DNA of 64,000 bases, from positions 12,772,001 through 12,836,000 of the forward strand of contig NC_087447.1 in NCBI RefSeq assembly GCF_036321535.1. The letters are read 5' to 3'. Below, piece by piece: positions 12,961 to 28,012 of this stretch; position 1 is the stretch's first letter, and each line of letters starts with the position of its first letter. A model generated the notes under the pieces. That model was not told the DNA's origin. It was given only the letters and a program-made list of their open reading frames with translations, and ran no database searches. This DNA comes from Camelus dromedarius. Taxonomy: Eukaryota. Made by a program: the position numbers and the translations under genes.

Positions 12961-14826
12961 GAAAGTTCCTTCACACAGAAACAACTAGATACTCTACTTG
13001 AATATAGTTTTATCTCATTAAAATTTAAATGAAAATTATTTAGTGAATAATGAGACTGAATGACTTTTTATGTTATGTACCAGTTCCTGATTTTTACATT
13101 TAATATTCTATGGAAAATATATTTTCTGATACAAATTATGTATCTATTTGATAATGAAATAAAGACCAATTTTTGAATGAATGAAATATTTTTCAAAATA
13201 TGTAAATCTTAATGCATTTTTTCTTTTTGTTTTATAACCTGAGGGATAATCAAAGATACTCCATTATTTATTTTAGACATGAGATACTGGGTTGCATTTA
13301 TTCACAGTTTGTTTTTTCAATCCATATATTACTAACATTGTACTGTATTTTTGTCCAAGATACATAATCTAGGAAACACGTTTTTAAAAAATGTTTATGT
13401 ATGCATAGCTCATACTTAGGTATATAATTTTTCTTAATAATTAAAAAATAAACTGTAAAAATGCCAATAATATTTACCTCATTGACTATATATCTTTATG
13501 AATTATTTTTATTCAAATTTGATGGGCTTCACTGATAATTTTATTCCACAATGATGAACTCAGAAAACAGTTCAGTATCTCTATGATGTAAATAAGTCTA
13601 TTGAATATTAAAAAGTAATACAAATGAACAAACAATAAGAGAATTTAATGAGGGTCCAAAAGACATGACAACTTTATAAATGACTACATATTACACTGCA
13701 CATTCACTAGAAATACAGTATCATCCAAATCATGGAATCATCTCATTTTGCTTCTTCCAAGTATGGTCATCAAGTTGATGTAGTCAAACAATGAATCTTA
13801 ATCAAAACATAGTGACCCTCATTCACATCAAATTCGTGGAAAGGCAGCCAAATTAAAGCGAGGCAACACCCCAATTTATCCCAGAGCAGACCTCATAAGC
13901 AAGAAGACAAAAACAACTGGAAAATGACTTTTAAACAAGAATTATTCTTATTTTTCAGAAAGATTAAAAAAGAAGGTAACAATCCCTTAAACAAAAGCAA
14001 GTGGTTAGGAATGAAGATCAGTTGGTAAGAAAAATAAAAAGTAAAAACCCAGGAAGCTTCTATGGCAAACCACAAGAAACAGAGCTCAATTGGTATATCC
14101 ATTTTTATAAACAAATGGAATGATTTAGACAAACTTAGCTGTTGTGTTGGTCTGGGTCGCTGAAATGCCAAGTATGTTGAGTTAATCAACTATCTAAGGT
14201 TCATATGTGAAAGTAATGATACTGATGAGAAAAGAGCAGGACACAAAGATCCCCTTGTGGGAAGGAGACATTGAGCAAATTCAGATGAGTTCAGATTAAC
14301 ACAATACACTGAGCCTCCTTGAAACTAACATCAAGTGTGTTTTAACCCACCGTATAGAAACGAATGAAGGCTAAGCAGAAAGCATGTGCTTACAGGAAAG
14401 CAAACATACATACACACTAATATGCAGGCACTGGAACTTCTATTCTACTATTAGAGAATAACATAAGTCATTTTAATTCCCTGTCTGTACCAGCTAATGT
14501 TTTTCACTCCCACGGATCATACCCACACTCTTTGCCTGTGGCTATAGTCTAACCCATATAATGGGACTCCCTAACCCATTATACTGTAGCAGTAAGTTAC
14601 CTAATTATTATGTTTATAATACATCTCTTCCATCAAAAAAGGAAAAGATATTTATTGTTCATTAACTAATGTATTTAGAGCACTTAGAAGTATGGCTGGT
14701 GCTTAGAAGTCAATCTCTAAATATATGTTGAACTCATTTATCCTTGCTTTTCCCTCTGAGGGAGCACATAGCAATGCTTCATAATGTTCATAGCCTAATT
14801 CAGAGGAACCACATAGTAAAATGAAT

Positions 14827-15768
14827 TTAAGAAAAGATATTGCATATTTTTCTCCATATCCTATTAGCAGCATATTTTACATCTTTGTTCCTCAAGCTAT
14901 AGATCAAGGGATTCAACATGGGGATAATGAGGGTATAAAATATAGAAGTCACTTTGTCAGTATCAAAGGAATGTCTGGACTTGGGCTGCAAATACATAAA
15001 GAATAAAGTCCCATAGAACACTGTCGCCACTGTCAGGTGGGATCCACAGGTAGACCAAGCCTTGTGCCGACCCCCAGTGGAGTTCATCCTGAGAATGGTT
15101 ACAAGGATACACAGGTAAGAGACAAGAACCACCAGAAGGGATGAAATCAAATTAAACACTGAGAAAATCATAATAATCAATTCAATATCCTGCATATCTG
15201 AGCAGAGCAAAGATAACAAGGAAAGACAGTCACAGTAGAAATGACTGATGACATTGTAGCCACAGAAGGATAAATTAAATATCTTTACAGTGACTAGAAG
15301 AGACACAAATGTGCTATAGAGATAGGGGACTGCCACCAGCAGCTGACACACCCTTTGTGACATGATGACTGTGTAGAGCAGAGGGTTACAGATGGCCACG
15401 TAGCGGTCATAGGACATTAGTGACAGAATGAAAAATTCACTAATGATGAACATAATGTAGAAAGCTCCTTGTGTGGCACAAAAGTAATAGGAGATTGTAT
15501 TTTCATCCACAACAAAACTTGCTAACATTTTGGGTCCCACGGTTGTTGAATAACCCAGATCAGTGAGAGACAGATGTTTGAGGAAGAAGTACATGGGTGT
15601 CTGTAGCCTGGTGTCCACCATAGTGAGGATGACCATGCCCAAGTTGCCCACCACTGAGATCATGTAGATGACGAGGAAGAGCCCAAATAACGGAGCCTGC
15701 AGCTCAGGGCGGTCTGTGATGCCCATGAGAATGAACTCGCTCAGCGCGGTTCCATTGTGCGTTTCCAT
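14827..15768 (-). CDS. OR8K3: Olfactory receptor, OR8K3-like (copy 2), 313 aa
   Basis: Intact 7[25 protein letters not shown] (F to W variant), [15 protein letters not shown]; acceptor TCTTTATGCAG near 15791. Confidence 0.92.
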   Translation of the reverse strand: METHNGTALSEFILMGITDRPELQAPLFGLFLVIYMISVVGNLGMVILTMVDTRLQTPMYFFLKHLSLTDLGYSTTVGPKMLASFVVDENTISYYFCATQGAFYIMFIISEFFILSLMSYDRYVAICNPLLYTVIMSQRVCQLLVAVPYLYSTFVSLLVTVKIFNLSFCGYNVISHFYCDCLSLLSLLCSDMQDIELIIMIFSVFNLISSLLVVLVSYLCILVTILRMNSTGGRHKAWSTCGSHLTVATVFYGTLFFMYLQPKSRHSFDTDKVTSIFYTLIIPMLNPLIYSLRNKDVKYAANRIWRKICNIFS

Positions 15769-16001
15769 CCAGGTTTATCAGAAAGCCTACCCTGCATAAA
15801 GACATCAGCACAGTCAACAGCTGTTGTGTAGTATCAGCTGGTCGTGTTTTAGGACGCTGAGCTAGAACCAATATGACAAGTCCAAATTTCCAATTCGGGG
15901 TATTTTAAAATAAACCCGCCTGCCACAGTAAACATGTATTACAATGATAGATAGATAGATAATCAGTGATGATAGAGATGGGGCTGGAGACAGAAATAGA
16001 T

Positions 16002-16232
16002 CAGTGGTTTTTCAATCGGGGATGATTTGTAGCCCAAAGAACATCTGGAAATCTTTTGAGGCAGTTTGATTGCCACAAGCAGAGTGAGTGAAAGAGGGGA
16101 GCTACTGGCATCTGATGGTTGGAGTCTAGTGATGCTGCCATTTGTTCTGCTACATTAGGACTACACCCCCACACACTACAACACAGTTTTATCAAAACCA
16201 AAATGTCAATAAGGCCAAGATTTACAAACACT
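16002..16232 (+). mobile_element. MER20
   Basis: CAGTGGTTTTTCAATCGGGGATGATTT...GCTACTGGCATCT...AAAATGTCAATA. Confidence 0.75.
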
Positions 16233-17590
16233 TACATAGACAGATATAGATAGATATAAATACAGATGTAAATACAGATATAGGCAGTAATTTTTTTGAA
16301 TGGTAAAAAAATATATATGAATATCCCTAATAAGCTGCTAATTAAAAAAATACCAGAATAGAAGGAGGATGGCAGGGTAGAGTAAAATGATTAGTGGTTT
16401 AGAAAATTGACTATCAGCGTTTCAAAAGAAAGAGAAAGAGAAAGAAAGAAGGGAAGAAGGAAAAAGAAAAAGGGAATTGATACCGGTTACAAGGAAAATA
16501 TGTGTCCAGTGTCTCTTAGTGAGCCATAAGAAAGGGAATAGAAAAATACAGCACTAACAGCATTCAATTATGTATCTATACTGTATATGTTTACAGAAAA
16601 TCCACCTTTTTCTCACATAAAACATGGCTTATAACCTTGTGAGTGTCTGATATCCTATCCCCATGTGCTTACCTCTCCATGTCAGAAATACTGAACTACT
16701 CTTAAAAATATTTAAATCAAAGAAATAAGAAGCAATATAAATCTTGTTTAAGTACAATGATGAAAAGCTAAAGAAAAATTGTATTAAATGCTGATTTTCC
16801 AGTAAAATAAGAAACGTTACAGTTTCTGTCACCATTTTTAGACATCTATGGACAGCATCAAATTACGTTTTCAAACTATACTATCTGTGTTGATTATCTG
16901 ACTATTATTTTTAAGGCTTTGTATCTTTTGAGAAAATTGAATGTGTTTCCTTCAGATTCCACTGGAAACCACACATGCTGTATATTGGAACATCACCTTA
17001 AAACTGGATACTTAAAAGTTTTCTGAACACCAAAAGTTATTTTTCATATCAATGTAAGATTTTGCTCATTTTGCTCATCAGAATTTCAGGAAAAATATCA
17101 CATTTATAGATTCTTTAATTTGATATTAATTATTAGAATATTTTGAGATGAAAATAAAAAGAGCCACAGTTACCAACTGACTAAAGATTTAGAAAGACAT
17201 CAGACGAGAACCTGACCACCTGCAGCTTCATGATTCTGCCATAATTTTTATTATTTATTCCTGGCTCTTTATTTAGCCTTTCTTGTTCCATGGTTTTGTC
17301 CTTTCTTAATCATATGATTAAATATTTATATAGAATATAAATATTACATGAACAACATGGCACTGACATTTCAAAGATACTCATTAGCATTTGTGAAAAT
17401 ATTTGAACAATTAATCTGAAGGGAAGGGGGGAAGTCCTGTTCTGCTCAGGCATTATTAATAGTAGGATGTACATGGAACTAGAAGTCCTCATATTTTGCT
17501 GTGCTTTGTCACAGAATAAAAGTGTTATCTTGCAAATGACTCCGAAACTATTCAGATACAAGTATAATATGATGCCCCATGAAATATACT

Positions 17591-17720
17591 GTTTACCTGT
17601 AATGGAACCTCTGACTTGGCTTCCCCATGTGCTTCATAAGGTGCGTAGTGAGATCAATTTATTCATTCTTTTTCACCCTTTGAGACTCTCCCTGAGGAGA
17701 CCCCAAGCAATTTCTTGATT
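17591..17720 (-). promoter_or_regulatory. Promoter / first non-coding exon of OR copy 2
   Basis: TCCCTGAGGA 17689-17698; donor CAG|GTAAAC (GT at 17596-17595); 1.8 kb upstream of the ATG. Confidence 0.65.
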
Positions 17721-17889
17721 GTCCCTGAAGCACTGAGATCACAACAAAAAAAGGGAGAGTGTGTTTATTAGTCCAGAACAATTTTACACACCAGTGAGTT
17801 AGATGTATTTTTGTATGTGTATTACATTTCTACCTTTTACTCCTGTAATTTTCTTTTTTTCCTGACTCTGATGTTTATTTATTTTTTGC

Positions 17890-18160
17890 CCATGTGGTTA
17901 GACTATGCCACCCAGTTGTTTGGTCAAACATCAGTCTAGATGTGGCTATGGGGATATTTTTCAAATGTGATTAACTTTTAAAGCAGTAGATTTTGAGTAC
18001 AGCCAACTTCCTTCCAGAATGTGGGTGGGTCCTTTTCTATCAAGAGTAAAGACTGAGAACCCCTAAAGAAAAAGGAATTCTGCTTCCAGATTGCCAGAAA
18101 GAAATTCTGCCTCAGTTTCCCGCACCTGTGCTCAGCATCCACCCTTGCTATCTGCCAGGC
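17890..18160 (+). mobile_element. MLT2 (ERVL) LTR fragment
   Basis: CCCAGTTGTTTGGTCAAACATCAGTCTAGATGT...AAAGGAATTCTGCTTCCAGA. Confidence 0.7.
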
Positions 18161-18499
18161 CCCAGAATCACATTGTATAATCTTACACGGTCCTGTGTGG
18201 ATATTGATACAGCTACAACTACACTTAAAATGATACTTATTTCCATTCTTAAGTGCTCACACAGCAGTGAGATCTCTTGATAAGAACAAATATAGTGTGT
18301 CAATGAATTTTGTTAACTATTTCAGATTAATTATATCAAAACGCTCTTCCACGAGTAAATATACAAGTTTTCCTCTATGACAGTTGCCTAAACTATGTTC
18401 TCTCTTGTTAGTTATTACTACAAGGTGTGTGTATCTATTATTGACTTCTTCTTGTTTTTGGTGTGATTTTTGGTAGGTCTAGTAATTAAATAAACACTT

Positions 18500-20600
18500 T
18501 ATTGAGGCATCTTTGAATATAATAAACTGCACGTATATAAACTGTAAAATTTGATGTTTTGACATATGTATGCATCTGTGAAACATTAGAACAATCTTGA
18601 TTAAAGAGCATACCTATCACCCCTAAAGTTTCTTAGCATCTCTGTAGTGCTTCCATTCTGCTCTTTCTTATCCTACACTGTCCCAAGCAGCCTTAGACAT
18701 GAGGTTTTTTTTTTTTTAACTTTTTATGTTAAAGTAATTATAGAATTACGGGAAATTCTAAAAAAGAGCACAGGGAATCCTTGTGCCCCACTTAGTTTTT
18801 CTAGTAGTGACAACTTGCATAAATCCATTACAATATCACAAGCATAAAATTAACATAGCTACAACTCACTGACCAGATTTCAGCAGGTTTGCGTGCACTC
18901 ATTTGTGCCTTTGCATTGATACAGCTCCATGCAACTTTATCATATGTGTACACATGTAACCACCATAACAGTCAACATATTACAACTTATTCTGTCACCA
19001 GGATGCTATCTCTCATGCTATTCCTTTAGAGACACACCCTTCCCTTCGGCTCATTTCCTTGTCTGTATCCCCTGTTAACCACTAATCTGTTTTTCATCAC
19101 TGTCATTTTAACTTTTGAAGAGTGTTTTATAAAGGAAATACCATTTGTTACCTTCTGCAATAGGCTGTCTTCACCCAAGACAATTTTCTTGGGGTCCATC
19201 CAGGCTTTCGTGTGCATTGATGTTTGTTCCTTTATTACTTATGAGGATTTGTCCATGGTATTGATGATAGACTTTATTTACTCACTGAAAGACATGTGGG
19301 TTGTTCCCAATCTTAAACTCCTGCAGACAAAACTTCTATAACCATTTTCATCAAGGTGATTGTCCAAACGTAAGTTTTCATTCCTGGGCTGAATGCCCAA
19401 GAGTGTGATTGGCAGGTTGCTCTAATTCTGATGCAGTAAAACTTACAGATGTTTACTTTTACAGATAGTGATTTGGATGCTGTGTCTATAAACACTTCAC
19501 TAATTATGGGTCCTAGATAGAGACTTTGCTCTGTGTTCTTGTCTAAATGTTTTATAGTTTTACATTTTACATTTTCTTCTATTTTTAACCAGTTTGATTT
19601 ACATAGGGTTTAGGTCAACATTACTTGTAGCTTTCTTTGTTTTTCCTTTGAACGTCCTGTTACTCCAAAACCATATTTAAACATTCTTTTGTTAACTCAC
19701 CTTTGTACACGTATGAAGAATTGATCAGGCTTTGGCAAGGTCTACTTGTGAGCTCTCAAATCTGCTCCATCAATTGATGTGTCCATCTCTCCACCGGCAC
19801 CACCCAGTCTTGATTACTGTAGCCATATACTACGTCTTAACATGGCATAGAATGTTTCTTCTTTATTATTCTACATTTTAACATGTGTTTTAGTTATGCT
19901 AGGTCCTTGGCCTTTCATGTACATTTTAGTATAAGGTCATCTGTATCTCCAAAATATCTTGCTGAGTGATTTTATTTGAGTTCACATTAAACCTATAGAT
20001 CACTTTGGACAGGACTGGTATCTTTATTATATTCAGTCTTCTAATTGTGAACTGAGTATGTTTACCAACTCATCGAGATCTTCTTTGATTTTTTTAATCA
20101 GTATTTTATATTTTTCTGTATACAGATCTTCTTCATTTTTTCTTAATTTCACCAAAGTATTTCATTACACTTGGGTGATTTGCATGTTTCCTTGTTTTCT
20201 ACCTCACTATTTCATTATGCTTGGGGTGCTTTCAATGGTATGTGTGTAAATTGAGTTTTGAATATTAAACTTACCTCACTTTTCTGAGATAAGTTAATAA
20301 TCATTGTTCGCTATTGTTTTTTATATATTATTAGATTCAATGTGTAAAAATTTTGTTTAGAATTTTTGAATATGTGTTAAGACTGATATTGTTATTATTT
20401 TTACAATAATACCTTCTCCTGTACTTTATACAAGAGGAAAATTCTTCTAATAAAGTTGGAAAATGAAACTTCTCTTTTGTTTTCTGGAAGAATAAGAAGA
20501 TAATTGGTTACTTCTTTTTCCCTAAACATTACGTGGTGTTCCCTAGTAAAGGCACCTGGACCTGATTCTGGTGGGGAGTTATTTTTAATACAAATTTCTA
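18500..20600 (-). mobile_element. Old L1 3'/ORF2 fragments
   Basis: Antisense L1-like text (AACCACTAATCTGTTTTTCATCACT; CCCAGTCTTGATTACTGTAGC); no open frame. Confidence 0.65.
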
Positions 20601-22571
20601 TTTGAGATCATTTTTATTCTTGAATTTTTTATAGTATTTCTTAGTGTCCATACACATGTATATATATATGATATATATAATATATATATACACACACACA
20701 CATATATAATTTAAATTACATCCATTTTTATTATTCTGACATAAAGCAGATTGCTATTTCAAACACAAAATTAATTTGATAAAGTTTCTTTTGTATGTTT
20801 CTTTTTCTAATTTCTATTGTTTTAAAAAATTATTATGGTATTGTGTAATAAATTTTCTTGATATTCAAAATATTCTATCGAACTTTTCATTTACATAGAA
20901 ATTTCTGGGTTTTTTGAATGTTTGTGTTCTATGGAAAATTAGACAACTTCCTTAAATAACATATGTCTACTTAATAATGAAGTAGAGAGTAACTTATAAA
21001 ATGAATGAAGTACATTATTTTAGAAATGGGATATTGGATTGTGTTTATTTAGTCAAAGTTTTTTTTTTTTTTTTTCAAATCCAGATATTAGAGACTTTTA
21101 ACTCTTAATTATAAAAGTTATAATTATTTACTGAAGATATTTTGGGGAAAACATATAAGCAAAAAATAAGCATTTTATTAATCTCAGCTGCCACCACTAC
21201 CTAATATTAATGTTTTGATGTATCTCTGTCCATAATTTTCTAGGAACAAAAACAGTTTCTTATATTTATATATGCATAGTTCATACTCAGGTTTACTATT
21301 TTTTCTTGGTAATTAAAAAATCAGCTGTAAAATTTGTGCATATTTTTAACATGATAATATTCCATTATTTGGGTCCAATTAATTTTGTTTATTCAAAGTT
21401 ATTTGACTACAGAGAAAATTGTAGTCCCTGTCTGTACACAGAGTCCAGTCCCTCTGTGATGTAAATGAAGTGCCATGAAAGTTAAAAAATATTAAAAATA
21501 AACAAAAATATGGAGGAATTCAGAGAAGATATGGAGGAAGTTTGTCCAGAGGCGGTAAGATGTACATCAGTCGTTACATGTCATGTACACTTTCACTATA
21601 AACACAGCGTAGACCAAATAAAGGGATTAGCTCCTTTAACTTCTTAAATCAATGCAGTGAGACAGTGGATCCTAATCAAAATACAGTACACACTCAATGA
21701 ATCAAATTTTAGGAAAGTCAGCAACATGGAAGAGAAGCAACAAAACTAATTTATCTTGGAGTAGACCTCTTATGGAAATAGACACAATAAGAACATGACT
21801 TTTAAACAAGAATTCTTTTTGTTTTTAAGAAATTTATTTTAATTGATACATCCACTGGTGTAGACAAAGGGACTGATTTAGACAAAATGAGATCTGTGAT
21901 GATCTTCTGAGTTGCTAACATGCCATGATGTTGAGTTAATGGACTAGAACTCAAACATGAAAATAATAGCGCTGAGGAGAAAAGAACAAGACCCTGAGAT
22001 GCCCACGTGGAATGAGGGGTTTTGAGCAAATTCAGATGAATGTTGACTTTAAATCACCTCACTCCAATGAGCCTCCTTGAAACCACAATCCAGATTGCTC
22101 TTAACACATCCCGTGGAAGAGAATGAAGACTGAACTGGGATAAATGTGCTCACACAAAAGCACACATGTGTACACAAACATGTATAGATACATGAAAGTA
22201 TATTCTAAAGGTTGAGGATACTACAAGAGTCATTTAAATTCCCTCTTTGTGCCTACTATTCTCCCTCACTCCCACAGAGCACATCTACTCTCCTTGACTG
22301 CTCTTATGGTCTGTAACGTCCTAACTCATTCTGCTGTACTCCAGAATTAACTTCATTATTTTGCTTATGTTTCATCTCCTCTTGTTAGAGATGGCAAAGA
22401 TTTTTTTTCTATCTTTCTTACACTAATAGACTTATAGCACTTAGAAGTCCAACTGACACATAGAAGACATTCTCTAAATATATGAGGAACTTATTTGTGT
22501 TTGTTTTCCCTTTGAAAGCACGCACAGCAAGGTGGAAAACCCTTAACCTAATTTATAAGAATCAGTGATCT

Positions 22572-23513
22572 TTAAGAAAAGATATGGCAGAGTTTTTTCC
22601 ACGTCCTTTGTAGGGCATATTTTACATCTTTGTTCCTCAAGCTATAGATCAAGGGATTTAACATGGGGATGACAAGGGTATAAAATATAGATGCCACTTT
22701 ATCAGTGTCAAAGGAATGACTGGACTTGGGTTTCACATACATAAATGTCAAAGTCCCGTAGAACACGGTGACCACTGTCAGGTGGGATCCACAGGTAGAA
22801 AAAGCCTTCCTCCTACCTTCAGCAGAGTTCATCCTGAGAATAGCTACAAAGATGAGCAGGTAAGACACGAGAACTATCGCAAAGGTGAAAATCAAATTAA
22901 AAGCTGAGAAAATCATTATCATATATTCGATTTCATGTGTGTTCGAGCAAAGCAAAGATATCAAGGGGAAATTGTCACAGTAGAAATGATTGATGACATT
23001 ATAGCCACAGAAGGATAAATTAAAAAGTTTTATGGTGACTAGAAGAGACACAAATGTGCTATAGAGATAGGGGACTGCCACCAGCATCTGACACACCTTC
23101 TGGGACATGATGACTGTGTAGAGCAGAGGGTTACAGATGGCCACGTAGCGGTCATAGGACATTGCCGACAGAATGAAAAGTTCACTAATGATGAACATGA
23201 TGAAGAAAGCCAGCTGTGTTGCACAAAAGTAATAGGAGATTGTATTTTGATCCACAACAAAATTTACCAACATTTTGGGGCCCACCGTTGTTGAATAACC
23301 CAGATCAGTAAGAGCCAGGTGTCTGAGGAAGAAGTACATGGGTGTCTGCAGCCTGGAGTCCACCTTGGTGAGGATGACCATGCCCAAGTTGCCCACCACA
23401 GAGATCACGTAGATGACGAGGAAGAGCCCAAATAACGGAGCCTGCAGCTCAGGGCGGTCTGTGATGCCCATGAGAATGAATTCGCTCAGCATAGTTAGGT
23501 TGTGTGTTTCCAT
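22572..23513 (-). CDS. OR8K3: Olfactory receptor, OR8K3-like (copy 3), 313 aa
   Basis: Intact 7TM ORF with all canonical OR motifs; acceptor TCTCTATCCAG near 23537. Confidence 0.93.
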   Translation of the reverse strand: METHNLTMLSEFILMGITDRPELQAPLFGLFLVIYVISVVGNLGMVILTKVDSRLQTPMYFFLRHLALTDLGYSTTVGPKMLVNFVVDQNTISYYFCATQLAFFIMFIISELFILSAMSYDRYVAICNPLLYTVIMSQKVCQMLVAVPYLYSTFVSLLVTIKLFNLSFCGYNVINHFYCDNFPLISLLCSNTHEIEYMIMIFSAFNLIFTFAIVLVSYLLIFVAILRMNSAEGRRKAFSTCGSHLTVVTVFYGTLTFMYVKPKSSHSFDTDKVASIFYTLVIPMLNPLIYSLRNKDVKYALQRTWKKLCHIFS

Positions 23514-23744
23514 CTGGGTTTCATCAGAGAATCTATTCTGGATAGAGACATCAGCACAGTCAATAATAGTTCCATGCAGTAAATTCTGGTGATTTTTTTA
23601 GTATTCAAAACTGGTATAAATAAAATAAATCCAAATTTGCATATAAGCTCTATTAAAATAATCCATTCCCTGCAAATAAAACATACATGTATAGAAACAG
23701 AATCAAAAATCAAAATAAAGAGAAAGTTGGAGAAAGGGAGAGAC

Positions 23745-23957
23745 TTGTAATTTCCAAGGGGAACAATTTGTCCCCCAAAGAACATTTGATAATGTCTTGA
23801 AGCATTTTGGTTGTCACCACTGGAGAAGGGGTGCTGCTGACCTCTAATGTTTATAGCCCAGCGAGCCTGCTAATTATAGTACTATTATCAGTGTAACCCC
23901 CAACAAGAGAGAATCATATGGCCCAGACTGCCAAAGAGCTAAGACTGGCAAACCCTG
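23745..23957 (+). mobile_element. MER20
   Basis: TTTGTCCCCCAAAGAACATTTGATAATGTCTTGAAGCATTTTGGTTGTCACCACTGG...AAACCCTG. Confidence 0.75.
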
Positions 23958-26538
23958 ATACATGCGTCGCTATATACAGAGATTGATATAAAGGTAGAAA
24001 GAGGAAGCAGAGATGAAAAGAAATGATATAAACTTTAGATTGTTTAATAGGTCAAGGTAAACCTTTCTACTGTATTTTCTAGAATGATAATTGTATTTAC
24101 ACAATTATGATCACATTATATAACTCCTGCCCTAATTATATCATAAAATTTTAAAGCCCAATTTCCAGTTATGTGTGAAACATTTAGAAGCCCCTGTTTT
24201 AAAACAAATTTATTTGAAAGATCTTATGTACTGATGCTACAGGATAAAAAAAATTAACACAATTGACTAATTTTGGGCAGAGGTATAAAGGTAAAGAAAT
24301 ATTATCAGACCATATTAGATACTATTTGTCTTCATACAAGGAGACTTTCCAAGAAATATACATAAGATGTAATCTCTGTTATATCTCCATTTTTGGTATA
24401 TACAAAGGAGAACTTGGGCAAATGTAAATTATCTTAATGTCTTTAAATCAGCCAAATCAGCCATTTCTTGTGGGGTTATTGGGAAGATAATTGAGAATTA
24501 AACCTTTCAATGTATTCTTGGTACCTGGAAATACCCTCAGATCTCAATTACATAGGATTTTTCTGTTGTTTGTTCTTAATTTCTTAGTAGAGATGGCATG
24601 TTACCTAAAAGGGATTATCTTTATTCATGAACATATAAACTATTTTTGTGTGACTTAACATTTTTGTGAGGGTGTGATGAGGAATAGATCATGTATTATC
24701 TAGGCAACAGATCCCAGTGCCCCTCACCATGACCCAACTTCATGACTACAATGGGACACCAGTGTGCACTTCTGGATAATTTATCTTCTACCTTACTTAA
24801 AACATGTAATATATATTTACCTCAAATTAAACATGTTTCCTCCCTTCAAGTGCACTTTCATTGTAACACAAATTCCAAATTGTTTGTAACACATAAGGTG
24901 TATTTTGTCAAGGAGGATCCTAGGCTAGTGTGAGGAAATTCAGCAAATTGAGACGGTAATGTCACTGGAACTGGTTTTATATAATGAAGTTTCATAAACA
25001 TTTCTTTTGGATAAAAGATTCTCTGCAGAAAAACATAGGTTTAAAATCACTACATTACACAATAGGATATTGGCAAAATAAAATACATAGACAATTATAT
25101 ATATTTTGATACATAAATACTTATCTATTATATAATTATTTTTACGTTCTCTATATATTTATATTGACTCCGGAATGTTATTTGATGTTTAAGTGCACAT
25201 TAAAGCCATAAAGAACTCCTCCATAGCATGGTACAGCATTTAATGCAGACAAATAAAAGTCCAATGAAATAAAGATGTATATGAATATCTCCAATAAGCC
25301 ATCATTTAAAAACACCAGAGTAGTTCCAGAGTAGGCAGATGTCAGCTAAGATAAAAGAAATATCAGTTTAAAAAGTTGTATTAGTGTGTACCTAAAAAAA
25401 AATAAAGATAAAAGAAAGTAATAGAATTGTTCCTAACTACAAAGAAAATAGCAGTATCAGGAGTAGTAGTGAGTTATAAGAAAGCAAAAAAAACAAAAAA
25501 AAAAGCTTGTAATATCAAGTTATAAATATGTTTAAAGGAATAAACACATCTTGCACAAACCGGGCGTGTAAGGTTGTGAGCCTCCGATACCGTACCTGTC
25601 CCCAGGTACATACATTTCTCATGTAAGAAACACTGAACTACAATTAGGAAAAACGTATTTTAAATGAATGGAAAAGGTGATATAAATCTTCTTTAGGTGC
25701 AAGGGTGAAAGGCTACAGAAACAAATTACGTTGGTAAATGCTGATTTTGTTGTGTAATAATGGGGGATTGAAGACCTTTTTCTAACCAGCATCAGAGTTG
25801 TAGGGAAGGTATCGAATTAATTTCTCATAGTTTATCATCTGTGCTGATTATCTGATTATTTTTTAAAGTTATACTCTTTGAGAAAATTATATGTGCTTTC
25901 TGTCTGATTCTACTGGAAACTGAACATGCTGTATATTGTACCTTCCCCATAACACTGGGTCCTCAAAATCTCTTAGCCTCTAAAACTTGCTGTGCACATC
26001 TCAGTGCAGGTAGAAACCACCATTTTGCTCATCAAGATAATCAGAAAAAAAAATATTTACACATTAATTTAAATATTCATTAAATATACAATATTTTGAG
26101 AAGGGACTGAGAAGAGCCCAGTGTCACTAACTGACCAAAGATTTGGAAGGACATCAAACCAGAAACTGACCACCTGCAGCTTCATAATTCTGCCATTTTT
26201 AAATTTCTTACTCTTCAGGCTTTCTTGTCTCTCAGTTTTGTCCTTTCTTATTCATATGAGTAAGTATGTAAACAAAACATAAATATTACATAAACAATAT
26301 GGCACTGACATTTCAAAGATACTCATTAGCTTTTGTGAAACTATTTGAACATTAATCTGAAGGAAAAGGAAAGCCAGCCTGCTCTGCTCCATGCATTATC
26401 GATGGCGGGATGTACATGGAAGTGGATCAGAAACCCTCATACTTTACTACGCTTTATCATAGAATAAGTGCTCCACTGCAAATCACCAAACTGCCTGGAT
26501 ATTGGTAAAATACGGCACCAACATGAAATATGCTGTCT

Positions 26539-26670
26539 GCTTACCTGTAATGAGACCTCTGTCTTGGCTTCCCCACGTGTTTCACAACACGCGCAGTGAG
26601 ATCAATTTATAAATTCTCTTCCACTTTCTAAGACTCTCCCTGAGGAGATGCCAAGCAATCTCTTGATTGT
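26539..26670 (-). promoter_or_regulatory. Promoter / first non-coding exon of OR copy 3
   Basis: TCCCTGAGGA 26637-26646; donor CAG|GTAAGC (GT at 26544-26543); 3.0 kb upstream of the ATG. Confidence 0.65.
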
Positions 26671-27279
26671 CCCTGACGCACTGAAATCTTAGAAAAGGAA
26701 GGGATGTGTTTATTAGCGGTCCGAGGCAATTTGTATAGCCCAGCAAATGAGTTCTATTATTTGCATGTATTTCATTCCTACTTTTACTCTTGATTAGCTC
26801 CCTATTTATTCTGTTCTCTAATTTACTCTAATACAACCACATAGTGATCTAGATTAATATATTTCATCCATACAACAAGTCTGCCAGTATCCCCCTAGCT
26901 CTGCAGTGGTCTCAAATGGATGATACAACAGAGATGTGCCTAAAAACTATCTTATTGTATCACTTAAAATATTTAAATGAACTAAAAATAATAATGTTTG
27001 TATATGTAAGATTGTTGCATTCACTTTTTCTTTTTTCTTTTTTCCAATAGGAATTACTGATTTAATTAGTTACTCCTATTTCTCATTCTCATTTTATACT
27101 CATCACTGTCTGTATAGGATTTCTCTTTCATTATATTTGCCTTCATTATATTTCACTCTTTCTTGTTTTTCTACCAAGTCCAATACACACTCCAATTCTC
27201 GTCTACCTTGACACATGTTCTGCTGTGCTTCATATATGCCTTGCATGATCAATATACATATATACAAGAACACAATATA

Positions 27280-28010
27280 CAGAATATACATTCTTGCAGA
27301 ATACATGCACAATTTTGTGTGCATATGCTTTAGTATGCATAAGTTAAGGGGCTGTAAAATTGCACTGTTGAATTTAATTCACCAGTTATCTGTGGTAACA
27401 TGTGACATTTTTACTTCTTTATTAGTATAGTCAAAAATGTAATTTCCTAGGTCTTTTGTTTATTGGTAGATATTTTGTTTGTATCCAGTATCAGCTGTTA
27501 GTAAAACTACTACAACATACAGTCCAAGAAGAAGCCTTGAGTTTACAATGTCAATATGTTGTGAACAACTTTTCCATGATACACACATTACACAGCTGCC
27601 TCTGTGTGTGTGCCTGTGTGGATATAGCCATGGATATATTTACAGGTACACTTACACACATTTCCATGCTTATGGGCTCCCGAAGTAGTGAGATCTCTTG
27701 GTAGGAGCAAATGTAAAACTTCTATCACTTTTGTTAACTACTTCAGATTGGTTGCACCAATACACTCGTCCATAAATAAATACACGAGGTTTCTTGGATC
27801 TCACCTCTATGAGATGTACCTAAATTATGTTCTCTTGTTAACTAAGTGATATTATAAGATGTGTGTTTCTGTTATTGACTTTTCCCCTCCTTGTTGGTTA
27901 GATATATAGCATGTTTAATAATGAAACAGTTTATCGAGGCATTTATTTATTCTGGCATCACTGAATACAATAAACTGCACATATATGAAGTGTAAAATTT
28001 GATAAATTTG
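27280..28010 (-). mobile_element. Old L1 3' fragments
   Basis: Homologous to the L1-like blocks at 18200-18560 and 36640-37400. Confidence 0.5.
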
Positions 28011-28012
28011 CC